A DNA stretch of 64,000 nt from Acidimicrobiia bacterium. GTDB lineage: Bacteria; Actinomycetota; Acidimicrobiia; Spongiisociales; ZC4RG35. Shown in pieces: positions 9,346 through 19,204 of this stretch. The stretch covers positions 13,628 through 77,627 of the forward strand of contig JBGTKD010000192.1 in assembly GCA_041744795.1 (NCBI GenBank), written 5' to 3'. Position 1 is the first letter of the stretch, and every line of letters starts with the position of its first letter. Both the position numbers and the translations under genes were made by a program. The notes beneath the pieces were generated by a model, which saw only the letters and a program-made list of their open reading frames with translations, was not told the DNA's origin and did no database searches.

Positions 9346-10247
9346 AAAAGCTCCTTGCCGCCCTGATTCTGTTCCGCTTGGTCGCTCCGGTCCTCGCGCC
9401 CCGGTTCCGCGAGCCTCAGGTCCATCCGTGGCCACTCGAAGGTCGGTCAGTGTTCGCTGGTGATCGCGAGTTTGTGATCCACCAGACAGGACCTTCAGAT
9501 GGCGACGACATCGTTCTCCTCCACGGCCTGGGTGGTTCGGCTTTGGCCGAGTGGTACGAGGTCGGTCCTCTACTGGCAGGCCGCTACCGCCTCACCCTGG
9601 TCGAGTATCTCAATCACGGGTTGGCACCGATCTCCACGGGCCGCTACGAGATCTCGGACCTGGCTGACGACGTGGCCGCAGTTCTCGCCGCTGCCGGCGT
9701 GAGCGAAGCCACGGCCGTCGGCTATTCGATGGGAGGAACCGTTGCACAGGAACTCGCCCACCGGCATCCCAAGATCACCAATCGGCTCGTGCTGATCGGT
9801 ACGTTTGCCACCCATCCCGGTGCTTGGCGGTCCGCTCGCCAGGTTGGGACCTACGTCGTTCGAGCCTGGGAGCGGGTGATGGGTGTCGGTACGCCCGACG
9901 TCCGTGCCGGTTACCTCATCCTCACCGGAGCGGTGGCTCCTCAGTACGCCAAGTGGATGTGGGAGGAAACCCACAGGCGCAACATAGAGGGAGGCGCGGC
10001 CGCCTCCCTGGCATTGATGCGTTTCGACGCGACGGAGTGGTTGGGGACCCTCGACGTCCCGGCTCTGGTCATCGTGGCAACCAAGGACCAGCTAGTCCCT
10101 CCCTCGTGGCAGTACGCGCTTGGGGGCCTGATACCGGGGGCGCGGATCATCGATGTCAACGGTGGCCGTCACGAACTTCCGTGGACCCATGCCCATCGGC
10201 TGGCGGCCGAGATCGAGACGTTTCTCAGCGAAAATGCGGCGCAGTGA
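9342..10247 (+). CDS. alpha/beta hydrolase
   Basis: HGLGGS oxyanion-hole region and the nucleophile elbow GYSMGG. Its start overlaps the previous stop. Confidence 0.75.
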   Translation: MKKLLAALILFRLVAPVLAPRFREPQVHPWPLEGRSVFAGDREFVIHQTGPSDGDDIVLLHGLGGSALAEWYEVGPLLAGRYRLTLVEYLNHGLAPISTGRYEISDLADDVAAVLAAAGVSEATAVGYSMGGTVAQELAHRHPKITNRLVLIGTFATHPGAWRSARQVGTYVVRAWERVMGVGTPDVRAGYLILTGAVAPQYAKWMWEETHRRNIEGGAAASLALMRFDATEWLGTLDVPALVIVATKDQLVPPSWQYALGGLIPGARIIDVNGGRHELPWTHAHRLAAEIETFLSENAAQ

Positions 10248-10309
10248 TCGGGCGATCGAACGGCTAAAAAGCCAGCGCGACAGGGCTGATCGCGACGATC
10301 AGCCAGTTG

Positions 10310-10387
10310 TCAGTCGTTGTCCATTATCTGCTTGACGACGAAGCCGACGAGGCCCGCCACCAGCAGGAACATGAGGAATTTCTTCAT
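10310..10387 (-). CDS. candidate 25-aa hydrophobic small peptide (MKKFLMFLLVAGLVGFVVKQIMDND)
   Basis: Short ATG ORF in the intergenic gap, made of a single predicted TM helix with charged ends. An 8-bp hairpin GCTGATCG-CGA-CGATCAGC (10285-10303) lies just downstream of its stop. It is too short for composition statistics. Confidence 0.2.
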   Translation of the reverse strand: MKKFLMFLLVAGLVGFVVKQIMDND

Positions 10388-10460
10388 AGTGTCCAGTCTA
10401 CGCGGTAGCGAAAGTTCTGACGCTTGGAGAGTTGCGCCGCGGGATATCTACGCTGCCAGC

Positions 10461-10907
10461 ATGCGTTCTCTCATCTCGGTCGTCCTCGTCGCGCTGCTTG
10501 CCGCCTGCAGCGGTGCGGACGTGACGTCGCCGACGACCGCACCCAGCACCTCCACAACTGACACGGCCTCCACAGCCACCACCACACTTCCCACCGGATC
10601 GACTTCTACCACCATCGAGTCGACGACCCTTACCACTGAGCCGGTCGACCCTTATGCCTTCGACATCGTGATCGATGGCTCGACGGTCACCGGGGGCGGC
10701 CGGATCTCGGTTCCATTGGGCGAGACGGTGACCCTTCGCTTCACGTCCGACATCGCAGACGAGATCCACATCCACGGCTATGAACTCATACTCGACCTCG
10801 AGCCGGGCGTGACCGCCGAGATCAGCTTCCTCGCCGACATTCCTGGCATCGTCGAGATAGAAACTCATGGCAACCACCAGATCGTTGCCAACCTCGAGTC
10901 GAGTTGA
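10461..10907 (+). CDS. lipoprotein with Ser/Thr-rich linker and C-terminal beta-sandwich-like domain
   Basis: MRSLISVVLVALLAACSG lipobox signal, an STSTTDTASTATTT linker, and a C-terminal domain containing the EIHIHGYE His cluster. The ORF-track start at 10317 is an upstream extension. Confidence 0.6.
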   Translation: MRSLISVVLVALLAACSGADVTSPTTAPSTSTTDTASTATTTLPTGSTSTTIESTTLTTEPVDPYAFDIVIDGSTVTGGGRISVPLGETVTLRFTSDIADEIHIHGYELILDLEPGVTAEISFLADIPGIVEIETHGNHQIVANLESS

Positions 10908-12292
10908 TGCGTCGTCGTCTGACAGTCATCTCAGCGGCGGCCACCACCGTCGCTGTCATGCCTCTACCCGCCTTGGCCCACGGTATCGGTGGCCGGGCGG
11001 ACCTTCCCGTTCCGTTGGAGTTCTTTGTTATTGCCGCCTCGGTCGTACTGGTGCTCACTTTTGTGGGGCTGGCGGTTCTCTGGCCGGACGTGCGACTGCA
11101 GGACGTGCCGCCCGAACCGCAAGGGCGACCCATCCGCTGGCTGTGGAACCTCTTGGGGGTGGTGGGGGCCTTGATGCTGGTCGTTTCGATCGTCACCGGG
11201 GTCTTTGGCATTGACAACAGCACCCGGAATCCCAACGGGGTAATCGTTTTCGTCGGTCTCTGGTTGGTGGTGCCGTTCGTTGCCGCTCTGCTCGTCGACC
11301 TCTATCCCGCGATCAGCCCTTGGCGGCGCCTACCCGCGTGGCTGGGACTACATCCCGCAGAGCGCCCGGAGATGGTCGACCGCCTCGGATATTGGCCGGC
11401 GACCGGGGTGTTCCTCGCCTTCACGTGGTTCGAGTTGGTTGCTCCGAGCAACGGACCGCGGGCCATCGGGATAGCGGCGGTCATCTTCACCCTCTACATG
11501 CTGGGCATGGCGATATGGCTCGGTCCGGACACCGCCGCCCACACATCCGACGGCTTCGCCGTATACGCCCGCTTTCTGGGGGCGATGGCTCCGTTCACGT
11601 TCCGGGACGGGGTCTGGCGTCGTCAGGGCTGGCTCCGCGGCCTGGTCCAGCTACCCGAGCGCACTGGCATGGCGGCCTTCGTGGTGGCGATGATCGGGAC
11701 AGTCACCTACGACGGTGCCTCCTCGACCCAGTGGTGGGCGGAGTCGCTACGCGAGCCGTTGGTTGTCGGCCTCGAGAGCTGGGGCCTGTCCTTTCGGCCT
11801 GCTGGTGTTGTTGTGGGAACGGTTGGCTGGGCTGTGGTCACACTGCTCGTCGGGCTCGCGTACTACACCGCATCGGGTGCGGCTGCCCGCCTCGGAGGAG
11901 CGGACTTCTCAGCCAGACATGTGGCAACCCGCTTCGCCCACACCCTCGTGCCGATCGGCTTCGCCTACGCCTTCGCCCACTATTTCACACTGGTCATCTT
12001 CGAGGGCCAGTTGTTCCTGTCGACCTTCTCGGATCCTTTCGGATTGGGTTGGGACCTCTTTGGCACGGCCGACCGCCGGATTGACTACTCGCTACTTCAA
12101 CAGTCGAGGGCCTGGGTCTGGTACGTGCAGGTGGGTGTGATCGTCGCCGGGCATATTGGTGGCGTGATCCTCAGCCACGACCGGGCGCTCGCCGACTTCC
12201 CGAAAGCGAAGGCCGTGGCGTCGCAGTACGCAATGCTGGCGCTGATGGTGGTACTCACTGGGATCGCTCTTGTTCTGATGGCAGCGGGATGA
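10904..12292 (+). CDS. polytopic integral membrane protein (signal peptide + ~10 TM)
   Basis: 462 aa. N-terminal signal AVMPLPALAHG, then many hydrophobic segments rich in W/G/F. It is translationally coupled to the upstream lipoprotein (overlap ATGA). I assign no family. Confidence 0.6.
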   Translation: MMRRRLTVISAAATTVAVMPLPALAHGIGGRADLPVPLEFFVIAASVVLVLTFVGLAVLWPDVRLQDVPPEPQGRPIRWLWNLLGVVGALMLVVSIVTGVFGIDNSTRNPNGVIVFVGLWLVVPFVAALLVDLYPAISPWRRLPAWLGLHPAERPEMVDRLGYWPATGVFLAFTWFELVAPSNGPRAIGIAAVIFTLYMLGMAIWLGPDTAAHTSDGFAVYARFLGAMAPFTFRDGVWRRQGWLRGLVQLPERTGMAAFVVAMIGTVTYDGASSTQWWAESLREPLVVGLESWGLSFRPAGVVVGTVGWAVVTLLVGLAYYTASGAAARLGGADFSARHVATRFAHTLVPIGFAYAFAHYFTLVIFEGQLFLSTFSDPFGLGWDLFGTADRRIDYSLLQQSRAWVWYVQVGVIVAGHIGGVILSHDRALADFPKAKAVASQYAMLALMVVLTGIALVLMAAG

Positions 12293-12477
12293 TCACATTC
12301 GCCCACGGGCTCTACCTTGACGAATTCCTCTGGTTCGTCGTGCCTGTGGGCCTGTCGTTGTGGGCTCTGCGCTGGGCAGAGCGCAGGGCGCGGGAGAAGG
12401 CGGAGGCAGCCCACGTCGAGGAAGGGACTGGCCCCGCACAGGAAGAGGCGGCGAACCGACCAGCCGCCGACGGGTAG
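12289..12477 (+). CDS. small membrane protein (62 aa)
   Basis: Its ATG overlaps the previous stop. It has one TM helix (FLWFVVPVGLSLWAL) and a charged tail. Confidence 0.3.
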   Translation: MITFAHGLYLDEFLWFVVPVGLSLWALRWAERRAREKAEAAHVEEGTGPAQEEAANRPAADG

Positions 12478-12496
12478 TGGCTATCCTCGCCCACCG

Positions 12497-13627
12497 ATGA
12501 GTGAGTTCCTCGCTGCCGCTGCCAGCACGATGGACGTACCCGAGGCGCTGGTGAAGCGCTCCGCTGAGGCGCGTTCGAAATCGACTGGCGCATCGATCGA
12601 CGAGATCCTCCAGGCTTGGGCCGGTGGCGGTCCCGCTCCTGTCGGTTCTTCCTCGCCGACTCCGCCGGAACCGCAGACGGCTGTGGCGACGGAACCGTCT
12701 GCTCCAGTGGTCTCAGAGTCTGCCGAGGAGACCGCGCCTGCTGCCCAATCCGTTCCGCCAGTCGCTCCTGTCGCGGTGGCCCTGATGGACGAACCCGCTG
12801 AGGAACCTGTCGATGCCGCCCCGTTGCGCGAGCGTGTCCGCGTCGGGGGTCGTATCGGTATGGGATTCGGAGTGGTCGCTGCGGTGTTCGTGATGGTGTT
12901 CAGCGCCCAGTGGCTGCTTCCGCGAGCCGGCGTTGCGCCGTCGGAGACCGGAGACGTGGTGTTCGCCTTCTCGGTCGCGGCTGGCTCTCTACTGCTCGGA
13001 TCAGGCTTGATCGGAATCGCCTTGGGTGTGGCGGGGGCGGCGTTCATCCGGGCGGTGACCGGGTGGAAGAGCCCTGGCATGCGTCTGGTCTCCTCCACCA
13101 CTTCCTCGCTGGTGGTCGGCGCAGTGGCAGGACTTGTCACCGGAATCGTGGTGGCCTCTGTCGTTGCAGGGTCAGGGGTCGAAGACACATTGGATCCGAC
13201 CGTCACCGTCGTCCCGATGCTGGCCGCCCTTGTTTGGACTCTGTTTGGCTGGGTGGCGGGTGGTTGGATGATCGGGGCCTTGGTTCATGCTCTCGGCGTG
13301 CCCGACGGCCTCGACGAGGCAGAGAAGACCGAGGGCACCGTCGTTCAGCGCCGGTTGAGCGCCGCCTTCGGGTTGCCGGTCGTGGCGGCAGTCTCCATCG
13401 CTTTGATTGTGCTGCCCGCCGCCTGGGTGTTCATTCAGTTCCCTGGATGGGCGCCAGTTATCGCGATCTTCATCTCCGGCGCCATCATCGCCTTTGCTTT
13501 TCTGGCTGCCGCCCGCCCCGGCATGCGCATCACCGCGGGCGAGTTCCTGGTGGCGGCGGCGGGTGTAGGCGTGGTAGTCCTAATTCTCGCAAGCGTCCTC
13601 TTCACTCAAGGCGCCGGCGGCCACTAA
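12497..13627 (+). CDS. membrane protein with cytoplasmic N-terminal domain, Pro/Ala-rich linker and multi-TM C-terminus
   Basis: ATG 12497 (MSEFLAAAAS...). The PAPVGSSSPTPPEPQTAVATEP linker is followed by ~8 hydrophobic helices. Confidence 0.55.
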   Translation: MSEFLAAAASTMDVPEALVKRSAEARSKSTGASIDEILQAWAGGGPAPVGSSSPTPPEPQTAVATEPSAPVVSESAEETAPAAQSVPPVAPVAVALMDEPAEEPVDAAPLRERVRVGGRIGMGFGVVAAVFVMVFSAQWLLPRAGVAPSETGDVVFAFSVAAGSLLLGSGLIGIALGVAGAAFIRAVTGWKSPGMRLVSSTTSSLVVGAVAGLVTGIVVASVVAGSGVEDTLDPTVTVVPMLAALVWTLFGWVAGGWMIGALVHALGVPDGLDEAEKTEGTVVQRRLSAAFGLPVVAAVSIALIVLPAAWVFIQFPGWAPVIAIFISGAIIAFAFLAAARPGMRITAGEFLVAAAGVGVVVLILASVLFTQGAGGH

Positions 13628-13628
13628 A

Positions 13629-13680
13629 CCCGTTTTTGGCGTATCAACGTCGCGAAAATGACCCGTTCTGCGGTAGAGAA
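13629..13680. repeat. copy A of a ~50-nt intergenic repeat family (TTTTTGGCG[T/C]ATCAACGTCGCGAAAATGAC[C/G]CGTTCTGCGGTAGAGAA)
   Basis: Near-identical to 27037-27090 and 27855-27908 (2-5 mismatches over ~50 nt). It sits in the convergent gap between the membrane protein stop and the PNP stop. Confidence 0.8.
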
Positions 13681-13689
13681 GCGGCCTGC

Positions 13690-14514
13690 CTAGAGGCTGG
13701 GCAAGAGTTCGTCGAGTAGTAGGCCGAGACGGTCGGCGGCCTGTGCTGCAGCTTCGATGACCTCGTCGGCCGTAATCGGATTGGGCGAGATCCCGGCTGC
13801 CAGGTTCGTGCAGAGGGAGAGTCCGAGTACCTCGGCGCCCATGTGTCGAGCCGCAGTTGCTTCTGGCACGGTGGACATTCCCACCAGCCCTGCTCCGAGC
13901 ATCTTGGCCATTCGGATTTCGGCGGGCGTTTCGAACATGGGGCCATGCCACCAGAGGTAGACGGCCTCTCGGAGTTCCGAGCCGATACGGGCAGCAGCTG
14001 CATGCGCTTTGGCGCGCAACGCGGGCGTGTATACGTCAGTCATGTCAGGAAACTGTGGTCCCAGCCGCTCGTCGTTGGTCCCCATCAGAGGACTGATGCC
14101 TGCCATGTTGATGTGATCGGTGATGAGCACTAGGTCTCCCGCTTCAATCCCATCCCCGCATCCACCGGCCGCGTTCGTGAGGAGCACCTTCCGCGCGCCA
14201 GCCATAATCGCCGTTCGGACCGGGAACGTGACGGTCTCCATGCTGTGACCCTCATACGCATGCGGCCTTCCCGCCAAGAGCAGAACCTTGTTCTCGCCCA
14301 TCCTGACCGAGTAGGCAGTGCCGGAGTGTCCTACCGCCGTTGGGACGGCGAATCCGGGGAGTTCCGCGTATGGAACGGAAATGGCATCGGCGCGAGTGGA
14401 CGGGTAGGTACCAAGTCCGGTCCCGAATACAGCCACAACGTCATGGGTCGCGACCCCCGTCTTCTCGATAAGAATATCGGCGGTGGCACGGAGCCGGTCA
14501 TACAGGCTCGTCAT
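13690..14514 (-). CDS. punA: purine nucleoside phosphorylase, trimeric PunA/MTAP-type
   Basis: VFGTGLG phosphate loop, HAYEG, and MSTVPEA motifs of family-1 trimeric PNPs; 274 aa. Confidence 0.85.
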   Translation of the reverse strand: MTSLYDRLRATADILIEKTGVATHDVVAVFGTGLGTYPSTRADAISVPYAELPGFAVPTAVGHSGTAYSVRMGENKVLLLAGRPHAYEGHSMETVTFPVRTAIMAGARKVLLTNAAGGCGDGIEAGDLVLITDHINMAGISPLMGTNDERLGPQFPDMTDVYTPALRAKAHAAAARIGSELREAVYLWWHGPMFETPAEIRMAKMLGAGLVGMSTVPEATAARHMGAEVLGLSLCTNLAAGISPNPITADEVIEAAAQAADRLGLLLDELLPSL

Positions 14515-15236
14515 GCGATGAGTGCGTTCAGGGCGACCTCGATCATGACTTCGACCGCATCATGGACTACATCTCGATGTGGGTTGTAAATCTCGGCTGT
14601 CGTTCGGAGAGGGTTTCCGTCGACGGTTAGTAGCGCTCCTACTTCGATCCCTTGTAGTGATCCGATTACGAATAGGGCGGCGCACTCCATCTCGACTGCC
14701 ATTGCCCCGGATCGTGCCCACATTGCGAGTGATGAACCGCGAACGTCATGGGGGTAGAAGACCGCTCCGGTGAGCACGAGGCCTTCGTGAACCCGATGGC
14801 CGACGGCCGCCACGCTGCCACGGAGGGCCATAATCACGTCGGCCGATGCCACCGCGGGAAACTCTGGAGGCACTAGACCTGAGGTGAGGCCGTCGTAGCG
14901 GATCGCGCCTGTCGCGATGACGAGGTCCCCATCGGTCACCTCGGGTTGGAGGCCGCCACATGTACCGGCGCGGATGATCTTTGTGGCCCCGGCTTGGTGC
15001 AGTTCCTCGAAACACAACGCCGCTCCCGGCGCTCCGACGCCGTGTGACGAAATGGTCACCGCCACGCCCTTGTACTTCCCCTTGAAAGTCACGTACTCCC
15101 GGAACCGTCCGAGTTCAGTTACCTCCTCGAGACGTGAAGCCACGAGGGCTGCTCTAGCTGGGTCGCCAACCACAAGTGCTCGCTGCGGGATCTCACCAGG
15201 CATGATTCTCAGTATCGGGGTTGGCTCGGACATCAC
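14511..15236 (-). CDS. nucleoside phosphorylase, hexameric DeoD/Udp-type
   Basis: PNP_UDP_1 fold: SSHGVGAPGAALCFEEL...KIIRAGTCGGL and MEMECAALF. The stop overlaps the punA start. Confidence 0.8.
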   Translation of the reverse strand: MMSEPTPILRIMPGEIPQRALVVGDPARAALVASRLEEVTELGRFREYVTFKGKYKGVAVTISSHGVGAPGAALCFEELHQAGATKIIRAGTCGGLQPEVTDGDLVIATGAIRYDGLTSGLVPPEFPAVASADVIMALRGSVAAVGHRVHEGLVLTGAVFYPHDVRGSSLAMWARSGAMAVEMECAALFVIGSLQGIEVGALLTVDGNPLRTTAEIYNPHRDVVHDAVEVMIEVALNALIA

Positions 15237-17203
15237 ACCACCCTCTCGTTTCCGCCGTCGATTGGGATCTGTGCCCCGGTAGTGGCAGCGAATGTATCGC
15301 TACACAGGGCCGCGACAACTTGTCCGACAACTCTGGATGTGACTTCGGTCGAGAGCAGATTGCGCGTTTTGTATTCGTCGACTGTCATCGCGTACTTGGC
15401 CGCTCGTTCAGCCAGCAGCTCGTCGGTCCACAGCCCAGTGTCGAACACCCCATCGGGATGGACGACATTGACACGGATACCGTCATCGGCCCACTCGAGC
15501 GCCGCAACCCGGGCGAGTTGTGTCACCGCTGCCTTTGAGGCCGAATAGGCGGCCGCACCTTTCCCGGGTGCTGGCACGTTCTTCGACCCGACAATCACTA
15601 CACGCCCGCCGACAGGTGAAAGTGCCAGCAGCGGATGCACCGTTGCGAGGAGCATCGCAACGGCGTCGGTGTTCACGGTCTGGACCCTATCCCAGTTCTC
15701 CATGGACAGGCCAGCAACAGGGGTTGTCCGACCGAATATGCCGGCAGCGGAGATCACGAGATCAATTCCTCCGAACCGCTCGACAACCGCGGCGAGCGCC
15801 TTGGATTGGGCGTCGGGATCTGTGACGTCGACCTTCAGACCGAGCCAGGAGGGGCCAGAGAAGGCGGTGATGACCTCCTCGGCAAGGTCGAGGCCCGCGA
15901 CGGCACACCCCCTGGTCATCAGTTCGGCGGCGCATGCCCTGCCGATGCCTGAGGCTGCTCCGGTTACGACAGCCGCCATTCCATTGAACTCGGGCGGGGG
16001 GCCGGACCGACGAAGCTTGGCCTGTTCGAGATCCCAATATTCGCAGTCGAATAGATCGCTGGCGGGAAGGGCTTGGTAGCCCCCAAGGTGGTCTTCGGAT
16101 CGCTCCAACACAGGGATGGTGTGTCGGTAGATGTCGGCTGCAATATCGGCGGCTTTGGCGTTCTCGCCGACTGTGAGTACTCCGAGTTCCGGATTCACGA
16201 CTATCCGCGGAGCGGGATCGAGCATGGTGAGTTGGGTGCGACCGCGGTGTTGGTGGTCGGCAAAATATTGCCGGTAGTCCTCGACAAACTCCTCGACTTC
16301 TTCGCCCACCATTGGCTGGCGCTTGGTTCGGATCACGTGGTCCGGTGTCAGGGGTCCTCGGGTGGCCAAGTCGGCCAGATCCGGTCGATTGACGAAGCGT
16401 CTGACAAGGGCATCGGACATCCGACTCATGACCATCGGCCGCCCCGCTGCTTCGGAGATCTTTCTGCGGAGCCCTGCCAGGCGGGCGGGGTCGACCCGCG
16501 CCAGGGCTTCGCCGCTAGGCGAGGAGGATGGTGCGTGCTGGTCCAGCCATCGCTCTGCCTGCTCGATGAGCTCGACATGACGTTCGTAGGCAGCTCTGGT
16601 CGTGTCACCGAAGGTGAACAGGCCGTGGTTCATCAGCACCATGCCGATCGTGTGGTCGCCTGCCAGGTCCTTCCACATCGTTGACACCGTCTTGGCCAGG
16701 TCGAATCCGGGCATGATGTAGGGGATAACGACCACTGTGTTTCCGTAGACGGTCCGCACCTGATCCATCCCATCGGCAACGTTGGTCAGAGTGACAACCA
16801 CGTCTGCGTGTGAGTGCTGCACGGCAGGATGTGGCAGGAACGCATGCAGCAGGCTTTCCACCGACGGGGCGGGCGCATCCGGGTCGAGCTTGGCGCCAGC
16901 CAACTCGCGCATCATGTCGGGATCCGACAGGGTCTCGAGTTGCAGCAGCTGCTGAAGGCGCGAAAGCCGCAGTGGCGGGAAGCCGGGAGCCTCGATCGAG
17001 CCCAGATCCCAGCCTGATCCCTTCACGTACAGAGCGTCCACTGTGGCGCCGGTGATGTCTTCGAACGGCGCTTTAACGGATGTGTTGCCGCCCCCGTGCA
17101 GTACGAGCGAAGGGTCCGACCCGATCAGCCGAGATCCGTACACGCATTCCCCAAGAGCGCCCGGGAAGCCAGCAGCGTCGGCTTCGTTCCAGCGGCTTTC
17201 CAT
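15233..17203 (-). CDS. bifunctional class II aldolase (rhamnulose-1-P aldolase-like) / short-chain dehydrogenase fusion
   Basis: 656 aa. N-terminal class II aldolase/adducin domain (SVESLLHAFLPHPAVQHSHADVVVTL) and C-terminal SDR domain (AVVTGAASGIGRA Rossmann; YSASKAA catalytic Y-x3-K). Architecture as in YuxG/RhaEW-type fusions. Confidence 0.85.
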   Translation of the reverse strand: MESRWNEADAAGFPGALGECVYGSRLIGSDPSLVLHGGGNTSVKAPFEDITGATVDALYVKGSGWDLGSIEAPGFPPLRLSRLQQLLQLETLSDPDMMRELAGAKLDPDAPAPSVESLLHAFLPHPAVQHSHADVVVTLTNVADGMDQVRTVYGNTVVVIPYIMPGFDLAKTVSTMWKDLAGDHTIGMVLMNHGLFTFGDTTRAAYERHVELIEQAERWLDQHAPSSSPSGEALARVDPARLAGLRRKISEAAGRPMVMSRMSDALVRRFVNRPDLADLATRGPLTPDHVIRTKRQPMVGEEVEEFVEDYRQYFADHQHRGRTQLTMLDPAPRIVVNPELGVLTVGENAKAADIAADIYRHTIPVLERSEDHLGGYQALPASDLFDCEYWDLEQAKLRRSGPPPEFNGMAAVVTGAASGIGRACAAELMTRGCAVAGLDLAEEVITAFSGPSWLGLKVDVTDPDAQSKALAAVVERFGGIDLVISAAGIFGRTTPVAGLSMENWDRVQTVNTDAVAMLLATVHPLLALSPVGGRVVIVGSKNVPAPGKGAAAYSASKAAVTQLARVAALEWADDGIRVNVVHPDGVFDTGLWTDELLAERAAKYAMTVDEYKTRNLLSTEVTSRVVGQVVAALCSDTFAATTGAQIPIDGGNERVV

Positions 17204-17220
17204 CGATCGGTCTCCTTGAT

Positions 17221-18006
17221 TCAGTAGGGGGTGTCGCCGCCATCGACGTTGATTGCCTGACCGCGAATGACGACGGCGGCATCCGAGAGAAGAAACGCAA
17301 CGACCCGGCCCACTTCGATCGGCTGGACCTTGCGGCCGAGTTGGGCGGGACCCATTCCGGCTAAGAGTTCTTCAGAGGGGACGTTCAATCTCGGGGCCAG
17401 CCAATCGGCCACTCCGGCGAGCATCGGCGTATCGACCCCTCCTGGGCAAACGGCGTTGACGTTGATCCAGTCAGCGGCCCACTCCAGAGCGAGCGTACGC
17501 GTGAGGTTGATCACGGCAGCCTTGGAGGCGTTGTAAGCCGCCATGTTCTTGTAGCCGACCTTGCCGCAGTTCGAGGCCACGTTGACGATTGCTCCACCTC
17601 CGGATTCGCGCAGGTGGCGTCCCACTGCCTGGGCCATGACGAAGCTTCCTGTCACGTTGACCGCCAGCTCCCGGTCAAAGGCGTCGGCGGAGGAGTCCCA
17701 CGCCGCGTCAAGGGTCACAATTCCGGCGTTGTTCACGATCCCGTCCAGTCGGCCGAAGTGATCTATTGCCGCCCGGACGCAGGATTCAGCATCGTCGACG
17801 GACACGACGTTGCCTTCGACCGGCAGCGTCCTGTCTCCGTTCGGGTCGGTGCGCTCAGCCACAGCCTGGGCTGGCTTGAGGCGCAAATCGAAGAGGACGA
17901 CCCGCCCGCCCTGTTCGAGAATCGCCGCGGTCACTCCCTCGCCGATTCCCCCGCCAGCACCTGTCACGATGTAGGAACGGTCTTGCAGGTCCATCCGGGT
18001 TACCAC
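17221..18006 (-). CDS. SDR family oxidoreductase
   Basis: TGAGGGIGEG Rossmann motif, NNAG, and YNASKAA catalytic triad region. Confidence 0.8.
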   Translation of the reverse strand: MVTRMDLQDRSYIVTGAGGGIGEGVTAAILEQGGRVVLFDLRLKPAQAVAERTDPNGDRTLPVEGNVVSVDDAESCVRAAIDHFGRLDGIVNNAGIVTLDAAWDSSADAFDRELAVNVTGSFVMAQAVGRHLRESGGGAIVNVASNCGKVGYKNMAAYNASKAAVINLTRTLALEWAADWINVNAVCPGGVDTPMLAGVADWLAPRLNVPSEELLAGMGPAQLGRKVQPIEVGRVVAFLLSDAAVVIRGQAINVDGGDTPY

Positions 18007-18752
18007 GTAGTGCTCGTGAGGACGCCGCCGTCGACCACCAGGTCAATGCCTGTAATCCAACGCGAGAGCTCCGAACAAAGGAACACGCAGGCATCGCCGA
18101 CATCTTCGGGGGTACCCAAGCGGCTAAGTGGAGCTGCGGCCCGCCACCGTCCAATGCCTTCGGGCCATTGTTCTTCGATTCCGGGCCGGGCGATCAGACC
18201 AGGCGAGACCGAATTCACCCTGACCCCATGCGGTCCCCAGGCCAACGCTGCTGCCCTGGCGTGCATGACGAGCCCTGCCTTAGACACCGCATAGTGGCCG
18301 TGGACCGGTGTGGGATGGCGCGCCTCGATCGAAGCGATGTGCACGATCGAACCCCCGCCCGACTCCTTCATGGCGCGTGCAGCAGCCTGCGTGAGTAGAT
18401 GGGTGGCGGTGAGGTTTACATCGATCATTTCGGTCCACTCCTCCTCGGTGAGATCGACGAAAGGTACGACCGGTTGGATACCAGCATTGTTGACGAGCGC
18501 GTCGATCCGTCCGTGTGCTGCGACGGTGGCGCCAATCACTGCTTGGGCGCTCCCCGGATTGGCGAGGTCGGTTGACAGCACTGTTACCCCAGGTTCGTCG
18601 ACCGACGAGGTGCGAGTGACTGCGACCACCGTGGCTCCTGTGGCCGCCATACGCTGCACGATTCCAGCGCCGATACCCCCGCCTGCGCCGGTGACCACGG
18701 CCACCTTGCCGGTCAGATCCAGCATCTCGGCGGGCGTGACGATGTCGGTCAT
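18000..18752 (-). CDS. SDR family oxidoreductase
   Basis: Start ATG 18752 (MTDIVTPAEMLDLTGKVAVVTGAGGGIGAG) with an AGGAAG RBS, NNAG, and YAVSKAG. The ORF-track start at 18914 is an Arg-rich extension. Confidence 0.8.
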   Translation of the reverse strand: MTDIVTPAEMLDLTGKVAVVTGAGGGIGAGIVQRMAATGATVVAVTRTSSVDEPGVTVLSTDLANPGSAQAVIGATVAAHGRIDALVNNAGIQPVVPFVDLTEEEWTEMIDVNLTATHLLTQAAARAMKESGGGSIVHIASIEARHPTPVHGHYAVSKAGLVMHARAAALAWGPHGVRVNSVSPGLIARPGIEEQWPEGIGRWRAAAPLSRLGTPEDVGDACVFLCSELSRWITGIDLVVDGGVLTSTTW

Positions 18753-19204
18753 GGATCTTCCTTTCGGATGAATCGGGCAATGTCGGCTGCGGCGTCCGGG
18801 TGGGACATAGTCAATTGTGAAGCGACGCCTAGTTCGAATCCGTCCGGGTCGAATGGCGGGGCCATCGTTGTACCGACGAGCGACCAGTCGCCCGTCGTTG
18901 CTGCTCCCATCCACACTCCGGCTTCGACACCGACAAACGGGCGTTGACCGGAGGCGAGGTCGTCACCGAGTAGAGGACGCCGTGTTTCGCCGCTTGGATC
19001 CAAGAGGAGCATTTCCACCGGAGCCCCGGCGTAGTGGTGCCAGAGCTCGGCGATATTCAGCCTATGCATCGCGGAGAAGTCGCCCGGTCGGAGTAGGAAG
19101 TAGATGCCGGACCCGTGATCGTCACGCCAGGTCTGGCGCCACTTGCCTCCTTCCACGGGCATGGTGCCCAGTCCCAGCAACGAGATGACGTCCTCTGATG
19201 TCAT
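18749..19204 (-). CDS. cupin-fold protein (DUF985-like)
   Basis: 151 aa. GIYFLL...HRL..AELWHHYAGAP pattern typical of DUF985 cupins. Translationally coupled to neighbours. Confidence 0.55.
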   Translation of the reverse strand: MTSEDVISLLGLGTMPVEGGKWRQTWRDDHGSGIYFLLRPGDFSAMHRLNIAELWHHYAGAPVEMLLLDPSGETRRPLLGDDLASGQRPFVGVEAGVWMGAATTGDWSLVGTTMAPPFDPDGFELGVASQLTMSHPDAAADIARFIRKEDP

